Source: an uncultured Candidatus Binatia bacterium (lineage in GTDB: Bacteria > Desulfobacterota > Binatia > Bin18). From it: DNA of 64,000 bases. A program made the translations under genes and the position numbers. Position 1 is the stretch's first letter; each line of letters starts with the position of its first letter. Positions 20,972 to 31,158 of the stretch are shown here, in pieces. The notes under the pieces are model-generated. The model was not told where the DNA came from. It made no database searches and saw nothing but the letters and a program-made list of their open reading frames with translations. Location of the stretch: contig OZ243961.1 of the NCBI GenBank assembly GCA_965214605.1, positions 2,880,001-2,944,000 on the forward strand. Reading direction: 5' to 3'.

Positions 20972-22324
20972 GTGACGCAGCCGCACGACGCTCCGTCCGC
21001 CTTCCGTACGGTCGGGGAGCGGAGCCAAGACCTAGACCAGATTGATTTCAATGCCGAATTTCGGCATACCCTTGACCTGATCGAACAGGACTGTCCGTGC
21101 TTGTTTCTGACCGGCAAGGCCGGCACGGGAAAATCGACCCTGTTGCACTACCTGCGCCAGACAACCGCCAAGGCCACCGCGGTCCTCGCTCCGACCGGCG
21201 TGGCCGCCCTCAACGTCGGGGGCCAGACGATCCATTCCTTTTTTCGGTTTCCGCCCGCACTCATTGATCCGGACAGTCTGCAGAAGCGCCAGAATACAAA
21301 ACTGTTCAAAAAATTGGAAACCCTGATCATCGACGAAGTCTCTATGGTCCGGGCCGACGTGATGGACGGGATTGATAGGGCCCTGCGCCTCTACCGGGAC
21401 GCCCTGCACACGCCGTTTGGCGGAGTCCAAGTCATCCTGTGTGGTGACTTGTTCCAGCTTCCACCCATTGTCAGAGAGCGGGACCTGCAGACCTTTTTCG
21501 ACCAGCACTACGGTGGTCCGTACTTCTTCTGCGCCAAGGTTTTTGAGAACCTCCAGCCCTCCTCGGTCGAACTCACTAGGATCTACCGCCAACACGACAA
21601 GGATTTCATCTATGTGCTGAATAAAATTCGGGAGAACGAGGTCGACGCCAAGCTCTTGACGATGCTGAACGCTAGAGTGCAGCGGGGTGGTGGGCCGCCA
21701 CACAACTCCTCCTTCATTACCTTGACGGCGACAAACCGGGCCGCGTTTCGGATGAACCAGATCTGTTTGGAGCGCCTTGCCGGGCGGTCGTATACCTATC
21801 AGGCAGAGGTCCTCGGTCAGTTTGAGGAGTCCATCTCTCCGACCGAAGAACTGCTGGAGCTGAAACCCGGGGCCCAGGTCATGCTCATCAGGAATGATCC
21901 AGACAAACGCTGGGTCAACGGAACCATCGGACGGGTCAGTCGCCTGACCGACACACAGGTCTGGGTTGAGGTGAACGGGACGGTGTATGAGCTGGAGCCC
22001 GAGATCTGGCAAAATATCCGCTACCGCTACAATCAGGAGATGAAGCGGATTGAGGAAGAGGAAGTCGGCAGCTTTATCCAATATCCGCTCCGCCTCGCCT
22101 GGGCGATCACTATTCACAAAAGCCAAGGCCAAACCTTTGACAAGGTCAGGATTGATCTGGGCCGTGGTGCGTTTGCCCATGGACAGACCTATGTTGCGCT
22201 CAGTCGGTGTACGTCCTTGGAGGGGCTCGTCTTCAGCCGCCCGGTAACACCTAGAGACATTGTGTTTGACGAGCGCGTATACGATTGGAGGCGGGTCTTT
22301 CCCCCGGTTCCTAGACCAGGCTAG
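20972..22324 (+). CDS. Pif1-like SF1B DNA helicase
   Basis: TGKAGTGKS, APTGVAA, TIHSFF, IIDEVSM, GDLFQLPP, AWAITIHKSQG and YVALSR. Confidence 0.92.
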   Translation: MTQPHDAPSAFRTVGERSQDLDQIDFNAEFRHTLDLIEQDCPCLFLTGKAGTGKSTLLHYLRQTTAKATAVLAPTGVAALNVGGQTIHSFFRFPPALIDPDSLQKRQNTKLFKKLETLIIDEVSMVRADVMDGIDRALRLYRDALHTPFGGVQVILCGDLFQLPPIVRERDLQTFFDQHYGGPYFFCAKVFENLQPSSVELTRIYRQHDKDFIYVLNKIRENEVDAKLLTMLNARVQRGGGPPHNSSFITLTATNRAAFRMNQICLERLAGRSYTYQAEVLGQFEESISPTEELLELKPGAQVMLIRNDPDKRWVNGTIGRVSRLTDTQVWVEVNGTVYELEPEIWQNIRYRYNQEMKRIEEEEVGSFIQYPLRLAWAITIHKSQGQTFDKVRIDLGRGAFAHGQTYVALSRCTSLEGLVFSRPVTPRDIVFDERVYDWRRVFPPVPRPG

Positions 22325-22402
22325 GCGATGGGGGGCTCCTAGCCCCAAGCAGGCGGGGCAAGAAAGAGGAACGAACCACTGAGCAAAATAAGGAGGCCAG
22401 GC

Positions 22403-24001
22403 ATGACAACAAACAGATACGAGCTCCTGCTCGGGGACACCTACCAAGAGCCCCAGGCGACTTCAGGCTGGCAGGTCTTACGGCGTTTAGCGCCGAGCGG
22501 GCTGTACGGCGCAAACGGTATGCAGTTTGGTCCGGATGGACGGCTGTACGTCACCCAGGCCTTTGGTAGCCAACTGACCGCGCTCAATATTGAGACCGGC
22601 GCGCCTGAAGTCATCTCGCCTTTAGGGGGGGCGATTGTTGCGCCTGACGATGTGGCGTTTGACTCGCATGGCACTATGTACGTCACTGAGGTCATGAGCG
22701 CTCGGGTATGTCGGCGCACCCCGGCTGGCGAGGTCAGCATTCTTGCCGATAACCTGCCGGCGGTGAACGGCATCACCTGTCACCAGGATCGCCTTTTTGT
22801 CGACGAGTTTCGCGGCCACGGGCGTATCCTTGAGCTCTACCCGTATGACGAGCGGCCGCCGCGTGTGATTGTGGACGATCAGCGTGGGCCGAACGCCTTG
22901 TCGGTTGGACCGGATGGTAAGCTCTACTATCCCCTCGTGCCGCTCGGCGAAGTGTGGCGGGTAGATATTGCAACGGGGGACACAGAGAAAGTCGCTGATG
23001 GTCTCAAAGGCCCGCCGGCGGTGAAGTTCAACCACGACGGATCACTTATTGTTCCCCAGGCCGGCACCGGCGAGATCGTCCGTATCGACGTCCAGACCGG
23101 AGCACGAACCGTCATCGCCACGGTCCGGCCCGGTATTGATAACCTCGCTATAAGTCCAGATAACCGGCTGTTTGTCTCACATTTTGTTGACGGTGGCGTG
23201 TCCGAGGTGGCGACTGATGGCAGCAATGTCGAGCGGGTCCTGGTGCCGGGTGGTCTCGTTGGTCCGTGGGGGCTCGCGTGCGGTGAGAACAACACGCTCT
23301 ATATTGCCGATGGGCTGAGTCTGGCCACACTTTCGGCGGACGGTGAGGTGGGGCGGCTCGGCGGCTTGCTTGACAACAGTTTTCCCGGCTTTGTCAGAGG
23401 CATCGCGGTCGCTGCCCCGGACGAACTGCTGCTGACAACCGTGACCGGCGATGTGGTACGCTATAACCCCAAAGCGCTGTCTTTCAGCTACGTCATCCGA
23501 AAACTCGACCACGCTTACGGCTTGGCCTGCGAGGCCAACGGGAGCATTGTGGTGGCTGAAGCTGGCAGTGGCTCGGTGCTGCGGATTGATGCCAACGGAC
23601 AGTCCTCTCGCGTTGCCAGCGGCCTGTCACAGCCGTGCGGTGTAGTCGTGGCCGAGGATGGCAGTCTAGTGGTGAGTGAGGTGGGGAACGGACGGGTGAG
23701 CAAGATTGATGCGGCTGGCAATACGTCTTTGGTCGTTGACGGGCTCCAACAACCGCTGGCCATAGCCGTGCGTCAAGGCGCGGTGTTGATTCTTGACCAC
23801 GGCACCAAAACCCTGGAGAGCGTCGATCTGAGAACCCGCCAGAGGCAAACCCTGGCCACTCGGCTCCCGGTCGGTAATCCGGCCGGGCTGTCGCGTGGTC
23901 CCATGGAATTCGGCGGCAGTCTGGCCGTGGACCGGGCCGGGACGATCTATATTCCTGGTGACGGAGAGGGGAGTGTCCTGATGCTCCGTGAGGAGCCCTG
24001 A
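22403..24001 (+). CDS. SMP-30/gluconolactonase-like tandem beta-propeller protein
   Basis: Repeated blade motifs (NGMQFGPDGRLYV, DDVAFDSHGTMYV, DNLAISPDNRLFV) over 532 aa; AGGAGG RBS. Confidence 0.8.
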   Translation: MTTNRYELLLGDTYQEPQATSGWQVLRRLAPSGLYGANGMQFGPDGRLYVTQAFGSQLTALNIETGAPEVISPLGGAIVAPDDVAFDSHGTMYVTEVMSARVCRRTPAGEVSILADNLPAVNGITCHQDRLFVDEFRGHGRILELYPYDERPPRVIVDDQRGPNALSVGPDGKLYYPLVPLGEVWRVDIATGDTEKVADGLKGPPAVKFNHDGSLIVPQAGTGEIVRIDVQTGARTVIATVRPGIDNLAISPDNRLFVSHFVDGGVSEVATDGSNVERVLVPGGLVGPWGLACGENNTLYIADGLSLATLSADGEVGRLGGLLDNSFPGFVRGIAVAAPDELLLTTVTGDVVRYNPKALSFSYVIRKLDHAYGLACEANGSIVVAEAGSGSVLRIDANGQSSRVASGLSQPCGVVVAEDGSLVVSEVGNGRVSKIDAAGNTSLVVDGLQQPLAIAVRQGAVLILDHGTKTLESVDLRTRQRQTLATRLPVGNPAGLSRGPMEFGGSLAVDRAGTIYIPGDGEGSVLMLREEP

Positions 24002-24648
24002 GGAGGCCCGGGAGCGTGACGAGCCGCTAGCGGGCGTGTCTCCCCGTCCGTACTCCCGGCAAAGAGGGCCTGTCTGCGGACTCAGGCCGTCAAGCATTGG
24101 AGGGGTCCATGCCATCGGCCCTTCCTTAACAAATTCTCTTCCGGAAACGTCCGTGTGACAGGTGGTACCCTGGTTGAGGATTGGGACGAACTCATTTCCG
24201 CGTGAGCGCAGTGATGTCCGGTGACACAGAGGAGAGGAGTGTGACGCTGCTGTTGTTGACCGCTTGCACAAAGAACGGGTGAGCGAACTCTCAGGGGGAC
24301 GTCGACAGGTTTTACCGGAATCGGGCAGTGAGCGGGCAGAAGAGCTTTGGCAGAGTGAGCTGAACGCGCACCTCACCCCGTGTTGTTCGTGTCCGAAACA
24401 ACCGCCGTGCGACGTAACCGTGTCTCCTAAAAAGATCTCATCGCTGAAGAAGCGCTCTCACCGACTTTCCTGAGTTGACTGTGCGCGTTGTCCATCCTCC
24501 CATCAGCGAGCCTGGGCTGCTGCAATAAGATTTCGTCGCCCGACTCTGCCCGACTCTGTAGAGCGGCCTGGCCCTCTCTGGCTCGGCTGAAAGGGGCGCC
24601 GTCGGAGAGCGCACCGTTTTTGTCTAACGCAGTCAAGGACGAGGTGGA

Positions 24649-25707
24649 CTAGGGATGCTTGACGAGGAGTGTGGCGACACACGTTCTTTGTTTCGGTGTT
24701 AATCTATCCAGTCCGGCTAGTTCGATACGGGTCGTCTGATCGAGCAGCGCCGGACCCCAATCCTCTGAGTCCTCACTGTCTTCCGGACAAAATGTGGCCC
24801 CAAATAACGACGCGCCAGTCAGATCCGCTCCGCGCAAATCCGCCCCCCGAAAGTCCGCGCCCTCTAAGTCTGCCGCCCGTCCCTGATCGGAACAAAATGA
24901 CGCATTGCACAGATGCGCGCCCTCAAAGTGGGCGTTTGACAGATTCGCGCCGTCAAAACATGCGCCATTGAGCCGTGAGTGTTCGAAATGGGCATCGCGC
25001 AGGAAAGCCCCTCGGGCGTTAAGGCCAGTCAAATTCCGACCGGCGGCGCGAATACCGAGCAGATCTCGACCGGAGAAGTCCCGCGTTTTCAAAAGGCGTC
25101 GATACAGCCGGTTATCAATGTGGGGAATAATATAGCGCTGCTCTTGCCACGGGTCGGCGTGATTGTGATAGCCGGCCTCTTTTTCCCAGTAGCCGAGTTC
25201 GTCTTCGGCGACCACACGAATCTCTTCGAGCCATTTGAGGCTTTTATAAAAATAGCGCTCGCGGACGACCGTTCGGATTGGGCCTCCATGCTGCTCTGCT
25301 AAGGGTTCTCCCTCGTAGCTGAGGGCGAGCAGGGTGTCGAGCTCAAGGGCGTCGGCCAAGGGGAGTGAGGTGCTATGACGGCGGGCACTACGGGCCACAA
25401 ACGAGACAAAACGTGCTGCTGGCAAGGGCTGACAGGCGTCTAAGACGGTTCGGAGCAGTACGCCGCCAAGACGCATCCTAGGTTTAGACCAACGGGTCAC
25501 ACAGTGGATGTCAACCCGCACGTCTACCTGCGGCAGAGCTCGTAACTCTTTCACAGACCAAGTCTGGGGCCGTGCGACTAGCCCGCTGACCCTCACCTGC
25601 CACGGCTTGTCCCGCCGTGCGGCATCTGGGGCGGACTCCCCGACCATCGGCCATTTGCCCGATGCCACGAGTTGCTGGTGAGGAGGGAGGCGAAATTTAT
25701 ATGACAT
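24649..25707 (-). CDS. Molybdopterin-dependent oxidoreductase (sulfite oxidase/YedY-like) fused to pentapeptide repeats
   Basis: DIHCVTRWS (Mo-ligand Cys), HGGPIR, YKSLKWL, GYWE; C-terminal pentapeptide repeats (ANLSN AHFEG AHLCN; ADLEG ADFRG ADLRG ADLTG). Confidence 0.85.
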   Translation of the reverse strand: MSYKFRLPPHQQLVASGKWPMVGESAPDAARRDKPWQVRVSGLVARPQTWSVKELRALPQVDVRVDIHCVTRWSKPRMRLGGVLLRTVLDACQPLPAARFVSFVARSARRHSTSLPLADALELDTLLALSYEGEPLAEQHGGPIRTVVRERYFYKSLKWLEEIRVVAEDELGYWEKEAGYHNHADPWQEQRYIIPHIDNRLYRRLLKTRDFSGRDLLGIRAAGRNLTGLNARGAFLRDAHFEHSRLNGACFDGANLSNAHFEGAHLCNASFCSDQGRAADLEGADFRGADLRGADLTGASLFGATFCPEDSEDSEDWGPALLDQTTRIELAGLDRLTPKQRTCVATLLVKHP

Positions 25708-25799
25708 CGCTACTTGGTATACGAAGGCGGAGCCCTGCACCTATTCTCCTTCTGTTCACAATTTGCTACGAGAAGCAATAGTTCTAGGAGGACCCCCAT

Positions 25800-27248
25800 A
25801 TGACACCAGAGCTCGTCCAACTCGACGCCATTGCCCAGGCTGACCTTGTCCGTCGTGGTGAAGTCACGCCGCTTGAACTCGTCGATGCCGCCATCGCCCG
25901 GATTGAGACTGTCAATCCACAGCTGAACGCAGTGATTACCCCGCTCTTTGACAAAGCCCGGGCCTGGGCCGCCTCGGCCGAGCTACCCGACGGTGTATTC
26001 CGTGGTGTTCCGTTTCTCTTGAAAGACATCGGCTGCCACTCGGCCGGTGACCCGTATCATGAGGGCCTGCGGTTTTTGCGTGACCTGAACTGGGTGGCCG
26101 CGCAGGACACGTATATGGCGGCAAAGCTGCGGCAGGCAGGTTTGATTTTTGTCGGCAAGACCAATACACCGGAGCTAGCTATTCTGCCGACGACCGAGCC
26201 CGAGGCGTATGGCCCGACCCGCAATCCATGGGATCCCGGCCGCTCGCCGGGCGGTTCAAGCGGCGGCTCAGCCGCGGCCGTTGCCGCGGGTATGGTTCCA
26301 GCCGCGCATGCCAACGATGGTGGCGGCTCGATTCGTATTCCGGCTGGCGCGTGTGGCCTAGTTGGGCTCAAGCCCTCACGGGGAAGAGTTTCTTTGGGAC
26401 CGGAGCACGGTGAGTTCTGGCAAGGGATGGCGGTTGAGCATGTGGTGACACGCTCGGTACGCGATTCAGCGGCTATTCTCGACGTCATCGCCGGTCCGAT
26501 GCCGGGTGATCCCTACACCGCCCCGCCTCCACCCCAACCGTATGTGCAAGAGGTTGGCCTTGATCCTGGCAGGCTCCGCATTGGAATTATGACGCGTGCC
26601 CCCGGTGGCGTCGGTGCCGTTCATCCGGACTGTGTCCGCGCGACCCGACACGCGGCCCACCTGCTCGACTCGCTCGGCCACACGCTCGAAGAGTCGTATC
26701 CCCCGGCCTTGGATGACAATATTCAGCGGGGGCACCATTTTTGGACGTTGATAACTAGCCAAGTGGCTGCCAGTCTTGACGTCTGGAGCAAAAAAACTGG
26801 CAAAACGCTTGAACTAACCGCGCTTGAACTCAATACTCGTACAGCGGCTGAAATCGGTCGGACACGGACGGCTCGCCGCTATATTGAGGCCATTGAATGG
26901 CTGCACGCCGACGCGCGGCGCATTGCCAGTTGGTGGGAGGAAGGCTTTGATCTGCTGCTGACGCCCACCATGGCCGAACCGCCGCCCCCGTTGGGCCAGT
27001 TTATTGCTACCCCAGAAGACCCGATGGCGGCCGCCCGGCGGACTGCCGCCCTTGCGCCTTTTACGCCCGCGTTTAATGTGACCGGCCAGCCGGCACTTTC
27101 CGTGCCACTGGCTTGGAACGCCGACGGTCTGCCGATCGGGGTGCACCTGGTGGCAGCGTATGGGCGTGAGGACGTGTTGATTCGGCTGGCGGCACAGGTA
27201 GAACAGGCCCAACCGTGGGCGGATAAATGGCCGCCGGTACGGGCGTAA
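25800..27248 (+). CDS. Amidase signature family protein
   Basis: [22 protein letters not shown] and [12 protein letters not shown]. Confidence 0.93.
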   Translation: MTPELVQLDAIAQADLVRRGEVTPLELVDAAIARIETVNPQLNAVITPLFDKARAWAASAELPDGVFRGVPFLLKDIGCHSAGDPYHEGLRFLRDLNWVAAQDTYMAAKLRQAGLIFVGKTNTPELAILPTTEPEAYGPTRNPWDPGRSPGGSSGGSAAAVAAGMVPAAHANDGGGSIRIPAGACGLVGLKPSRGRVSLGPEHGEFWQGMAVEHVVTRSVRDSAAILDVIAGPMPGDPYTAPPPPQPYVQEVGLDPGRLRIGIMTRAPGGVGAVHPDCVRATRHAAHLLDSLGHTLEESYPPALDDNIQRGHHFWTLITSQVAASLDVWSKKTGKTLELTALELNTRTAAEIGRTRTARRYIEAIEWLHADARRIASWWEEGFDLLLTPTMAEPPPPLGQFIATPEDPMAAARRTAALAPFTPAFNVTGQPALSVPLAWNADGLPIGVHLVAAYGREDVLIRLAAQVEQAQPWADKWPPVRA

Positions 27249-27366
27249 TCCAGAGCTGCCGGGCCTGTTTCTCCAAACCTTTTCTTTCCTCTCGGCTTGC
27301 AGTAGAGTAGCCTGTGTCTGATACGGTCATATCGGTCGTTTTCATAACCGCTTTGGGAGGAGAACT

Positions 27367-28596
27367 ATGTCTGATGGTGCTCTAGCTGGTCTGAAGATCA
27401 TTGAGTTAAGCGAACGGGTGACGGGACCGTTTTGTACAAAAGTCATGGCCGATCTAGGAGCGGAGGTGATTAAGATTGAAAAGCCGGGCAGTGGCGATAT
27501 CGCCCGCACGCGTGGCCCATTTCCCGGCGATGAGCCACACCCCGACCGGAGCGCCCTGTTTCTGTACCTGAACACCAATAAAATCGGCATTACGCTGGAT
27601 ATCAGCCAACCGCAGGCAACAGCCCTGTTTCGGGATCTGGTGAAAGACGCCGATATCCTGGTCGAAACCCAACCCCCCGGTTTTCTGGACAGTCTGGGGC
27701 TGGGCTATGCGAGTCTCCGGAAGCTTGCACCCCGATTGATTATGACGTCGATCTCCCCGTTTGGACAAACCGGTCCCTATTGTCAGTACAAGGCGTATAA
27801 TCTTAACAACTTTCATGCTGGCGTGGTCGGGTATGAGACGCCTTTTAACTATGTGACCGACCCCGATAACGAACCGCCGATCAAAGCTGGTGGTCAGCAG
27901 GCAGACCTGCTGAGCGGGTGGACCGCGGCGTCAGCCACGATGAGCGCGGTCTTTCTCCGCGAGCAGACCGGTGAGGGGCAGCAGGTTGATATCTCTGAGG
28001 TTGAGGCAGTCGCCCACATGGTTCGCCCCAATACCGCGCTCTATACGCATGAGCCGCCCGACGGCCCCAACCGTAGTCGGTTTCTCCGGCGGACAAAGTG
28101 GGGCTTAGCCTATGTCTTTCCGTGCCAAGATGGTCATATTGCGCTGTTGGCGCTCACCGATCAGCACTGGGAGAGCCTCAAGGAGCTGATGGGTCGGCCG
28201 GAGTGGGCGGACAGCGAGTTGTTTGCAACCCTGATGAGCCGCTTTCAGAATCTTGATGCGCTCGAAGCTTCTGTCTCCGCCTGGATTGCTGAGCAGAAAC
28301 GCGATGAACTGGCCCGGGAAGGCCAAGAGTTACATATTCCGGTTTTTCCGGTGCGTGACATGCGAGAGGTTGTCGAGTCCAGCCAGTTCCGGGACCGCGA
28401 GTTTTTTATTGATATCGACCACCCAGCAACCGGGCCGATCACCTATCCCGGTGCGCCGTTTAAATTTTCAGCCACTCCGTGGCAGGTCCGCTCCCCCGCA
28501 CCCCAGCTCGGCCAGCACAATAGCCAGGTGTATAGCCAACGGTTGGGCTTGAGTGCGCAGCGGCTGGAGCAGCTCCACAGAGATGGGGTGATCTGA
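27367..28596 (+). CDS. Class III (CaiB/BaiF) CoA-transferase
   Basis: ALAGLKIIELS, ADLGAEVIKIEKP, ISPFGQTGPY and APQLGQHN. Confidence 0.92.
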   Translation: MSDGALAGLKIIELSERVTGPFCTKVMADLGAEVIKIEKPGSGDIARTRGPFPGDEPHPDRSALFLYLNTNKIGITLDISQPQATALFRDLVKDADILVETQPPGFLDSLGLGYASLRKLAPRLIMTSISPFGQTGPYCQYKAYNLNNFHAGVVGYETPFNYVTDPDNEPPIKAGGQQADLLSGWTAASATMSAVFLREQTGEGQQVDISEVEAVAHMVRPNTALYTHEPPDGPNRSRFLRRTKWGLAYVFPCQDGHIALLALTDQHWESLKELMGRPEWADSELFATLMSRFQNLDALEASVSAWIAEQKRDELAREGQELHIPVFPVRDMREVVESSQFRDREFFIDIDHPATGPITYPGAPFKFSATPWQVRSPAPQLGQHNSQVYSQRLGLSAQRLEQLHRDGVI

Positions 28597-28647
28597 AAGA
28601 GGCTAGGGGACGACGCCCGCCCGTGTCGACTTTAAGGAGGGAAGAGT

Positions 28648-29856
28648 ATGCCATTACCACTCGAAGGGATTCGCGTTGCCGATTTTGGTTGGATTCTGGC
28701 TGCACCACAGTGCACCGCGTGGCTGGGAGCGATGGGTGCTGAGGTCATTCGGATTGAATCTCACCAGCGCTTAGATATCATTCGCTTCCTGGGCCAAGAT
28801 CCTCGCAAAGAGATGACCCCGAACCGCTCGCCGCTGTTTAATGGACTCAATTTCAGTAAAAAAAGTATTACTCTCAACTTGAGTCATCCACGCGGCATCG
28901 ACCTGGCCAAGGATCTGATTAAACACAGTGATATCGTTGTTGAAAATTTTACCGGCGGAGTGATGAAACGCTGGGGTATGGGCTATGATGACCTGTGCCA
29001 GCTCAAGCCTGACATTATCATGGTGTCAGGGACGCCTGTCGGTCAGTACGGTCCGGATAGCCACTGTGTGGGCTGGGGGCCGATTACCCAAGCGTCGGCC
29101 GGGATTTGCCACCTGACCGGCTATGAGGATGGGCCGCCGAGTAGTTTGGGGGGATCCTGGCCGGATTACATGGTCGGGGTGGTGATGTCCTACGCCGTAC
29201 AAGCGGCACTGTTCTACCGTAAACGAACTGGAAAAGGACAGTATATTGATCTGGCTATGGCCGAAGTGGTGACCTCGATGCTGCCCGAGGCGATCATGGA
29301 CTATACTTTGAATAGGCGCGATCAAGGCCGGCTCGGCAACCATGACATGCGTATGGCTCCGCATAATGTGTATCGCGCCAAAGGCGACGATAGCTGGATC
29401 ACCATTGTTGTTGAGACCGAACAGGAGTGGCGCAGCTTATGCGGAGCGGTGGGCCATCCTGAGTGGATTGAAGACGAGCGGTTTAAGGATCAAAAAAGCC
29501 GCAAGGCCAACGAGCGCGAGCTTGATGCACTCCTGACGGCCTGGACACGAGAGCGCACCAATACTGATATTATGCACCAGCTCCAAAAGGTCGGGGTGGC
29601 GGCCACGCCGGTCTTTGATACTGAGGGCCTCCTCAATGATCCTCAGTTTCAAACCCGCGACTTTCTTGTCTCGCCTCCCCATCCTGAGACCGGCGGTCAC
29701 CCGATTTCGGGTATCCCCGGCATATACAGCGGCTTTGAACCTCGGTATGGCCAGGCGCCGTGTTTGGGACAAGATACCGAGTCGGTGTGCTGCGACCTGC
29801 TGGGACTGTCGCGGGAAGAAGTTGCCCGACTGCAAGACGAGAAAGTGTTGTATTAG
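28648..29856 (+). CDS. Class III (CaiB/BaiF) CoA-transferase
   Basis: PLEGIRVADF, MGAEVIRIES, DIVVENF and APCLGQDT. Confidence 0.92.
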   Translation: MPLPLEGIRVADFGWILAAPQCTAWLGAMGAEVIRIESHQRLDIIRFLGQDPRKEMTPNRSPLFNGLNFSKKSITLNLSHPRGIDLAKDLIKHSDIVVENFTGGVMKRWGMGYDDLCQLKPDIIMVSGTPVGQYGPDSHCVGWGPITQASAGICHLTGYEDGPPSSLGGSWPDYMVGVVMSYAVQAALFYRKRTGKGQYIDLAMAEVVTSMLPEAIMDYTLNRRDQGRLGNHDMRMAPHNVYRAKGDDSWITIVVETEQEWRSLCGAVGHPEWIEDERFKDQKSRKANERELDALLTAWTRERTNTDIMHQLQKVGVAATPVFDTEGLLNDPQFQTRDFLVSPPHPETGGHPISGIPGIYSGFEPRYGQAPCLGQDTESVCCDLLGLSREEVARLQDEKVLY

Positions 29857-29941
29857 TGCGGCTAGGGCCGTGTGCTGAAACCCGAGGGGCAGCTCTGTGT
29901 GGCTGTCCTTTTCTTTGGCAGCTGTCCGCACTGGTGCAAGC

Positions 29942-31141
29942 ATGAGGCGCGGCCTGTTCGTTTTGTCTTTAGCCATTTTTGCGACCATGCTGGGCAACGG
30001 CGTGGTGATGCCATTTATCCCGCTGTATTCCCAGCAGTTTGGAGCCGAAGGCCTGACCATTGGGATCTTGTTTGGCTCGCATTCGGCCTCGCGTACCTTT
30101 TTACTGCCTTTTATCGGCCGCGCCTCCGATCGACGCGGTCGGAAAGCATTCCTGCTGTGGGGCGTGGCTTTTTATGCCGCGGCCTCGATCGCCTTTTTAC
30201 TGGCCAATAGCCTGTTTGTCTTAACCCTGGTCATGGCCCTCCAAGGGGTGGCGACGGCAATGGTCCAGCCTATCTCCATGGCCTATGTCGGCGACCTGAC
30301 TCCCAAGGGCCAAGAGGGAACGTATAGCGGCTATATTAATACGGCTTTTCTTGGCGGTGTGGCGGGTGGACCGGTGCTGGGGGGTGTGATCAGAGACCTG
30401 TATAATATGCAGGCCAGCTTCCTGCTGCTGGGTCTTCTGAGCCTCCTGTCTCTTATTCTGCTGTGGATGTTTCTGCCCGAGATTTCCCACGAGAAAAAGA
30501 CCCAGACGTCCACGCCCCTCCCCTTCCGTGAGCTCTTTTCGTGTTACCCGCTGGTTGGGGTGTCGGTCTTTCGGCTTAGCTACGCGGCAGCGAATGCGGC
30601 CATCTGGGTCTTCGTTCCTCTGCTCGCCTCCCAGCTGCTTGCGCTCACGACCTCTCAGATCGGTCTGTTGATCTCGCTCAATGTGTTGGTGAGCATGGTC
30701 CTGCAGGCGCCGTGCGGACGGCTGGCTGACTGGGTCAAGAATAAGACGATGTTGATTGTAAGCGGTGGACTAGTCAGCGCGCTAGCTCTGGCCCTGTTTC
30801 CTTTTGCGACCAGCTATTGGCATCTGGTGGTGCTCAATCTGCTCGTTGGTGGGGCGTTTGGTCTGGCCTATCCGGCCCACATGGCGGTGGCCATGGAGAA
30901 CGCCAAGGGTTTTGGCATGGGGACTGTGATGAGCCTGCTGCTAACAGTCCACAGCTTTGCCATGACGGTGGGGCCGGTGCTGTTCGGCCTGGTCATTGAT
31001 CTCTACAGCCTGAACGGCGTGTTCTACAGCGGTGGTCTCTTTGGCCTCCTGGTGACACTCGCCTGTTATGTGTTGGCCATGTTGCCGGTGACAACGACCG
31101 AGCCGGCGGCGGTGGACAAAAAGCCGGTGGTCGCCGACTAG
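29942..31141 (+). CDS. MFS transporter
   Basis: About 12 hydrophobic helices; motif A GRASDRRGRK. Confidence 0.9.
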   Translation: MRRGLFVLSLAIFATMLGNGVVMPFIPLYSQQFGAEGLTIGILFGSHSASRTFLLPFIGRASDRRGRKAFLLWGVAFYAAASIAFLLANSLFVLTLVMALQGVATAMVQPISMAYVGDLTPKGQEGTYSGYINTAFLGGVAGGPVLGGVIRDLYNMQASFLLLGLLSLLSLILLWMFLPEISHEKKTQTSTPLPFRELFSCYPLVGVSVFRLSYAAANAAIWVFVPLLASQLLALTTSQIGLLISLNVLVSMVLQAPCGRLADWVKNKTMLIVSGGLVSALALALFPFATSYWHLVVLNLLVGGAFGLAYPAHMAVAMENAKGFGMGTVMSLLLTVHSFAMTVGPVLFGLVIDLYSLNGVFYSGGLFGLLVTLACYVLAMLPVTTTEPAAVDKKPVVAD

Positions 31142-31158
31142 CGGTCTGCGCTTGCCCC

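Noticed and set aside
21032-22447. 471-aa antisense ORF over the Pif1-like helicase (and similar shadow ORFs such as 32431-33228 and 43440-44156)
   Set aside because: Typical GC-rich antisense shadow frames with no recognisable motifs.
24002-24648. 650-bp gap between convergent genes
   Set aside because: Only short hairpins and unconvincing ORFs; no repeat or RNA family could be supported.
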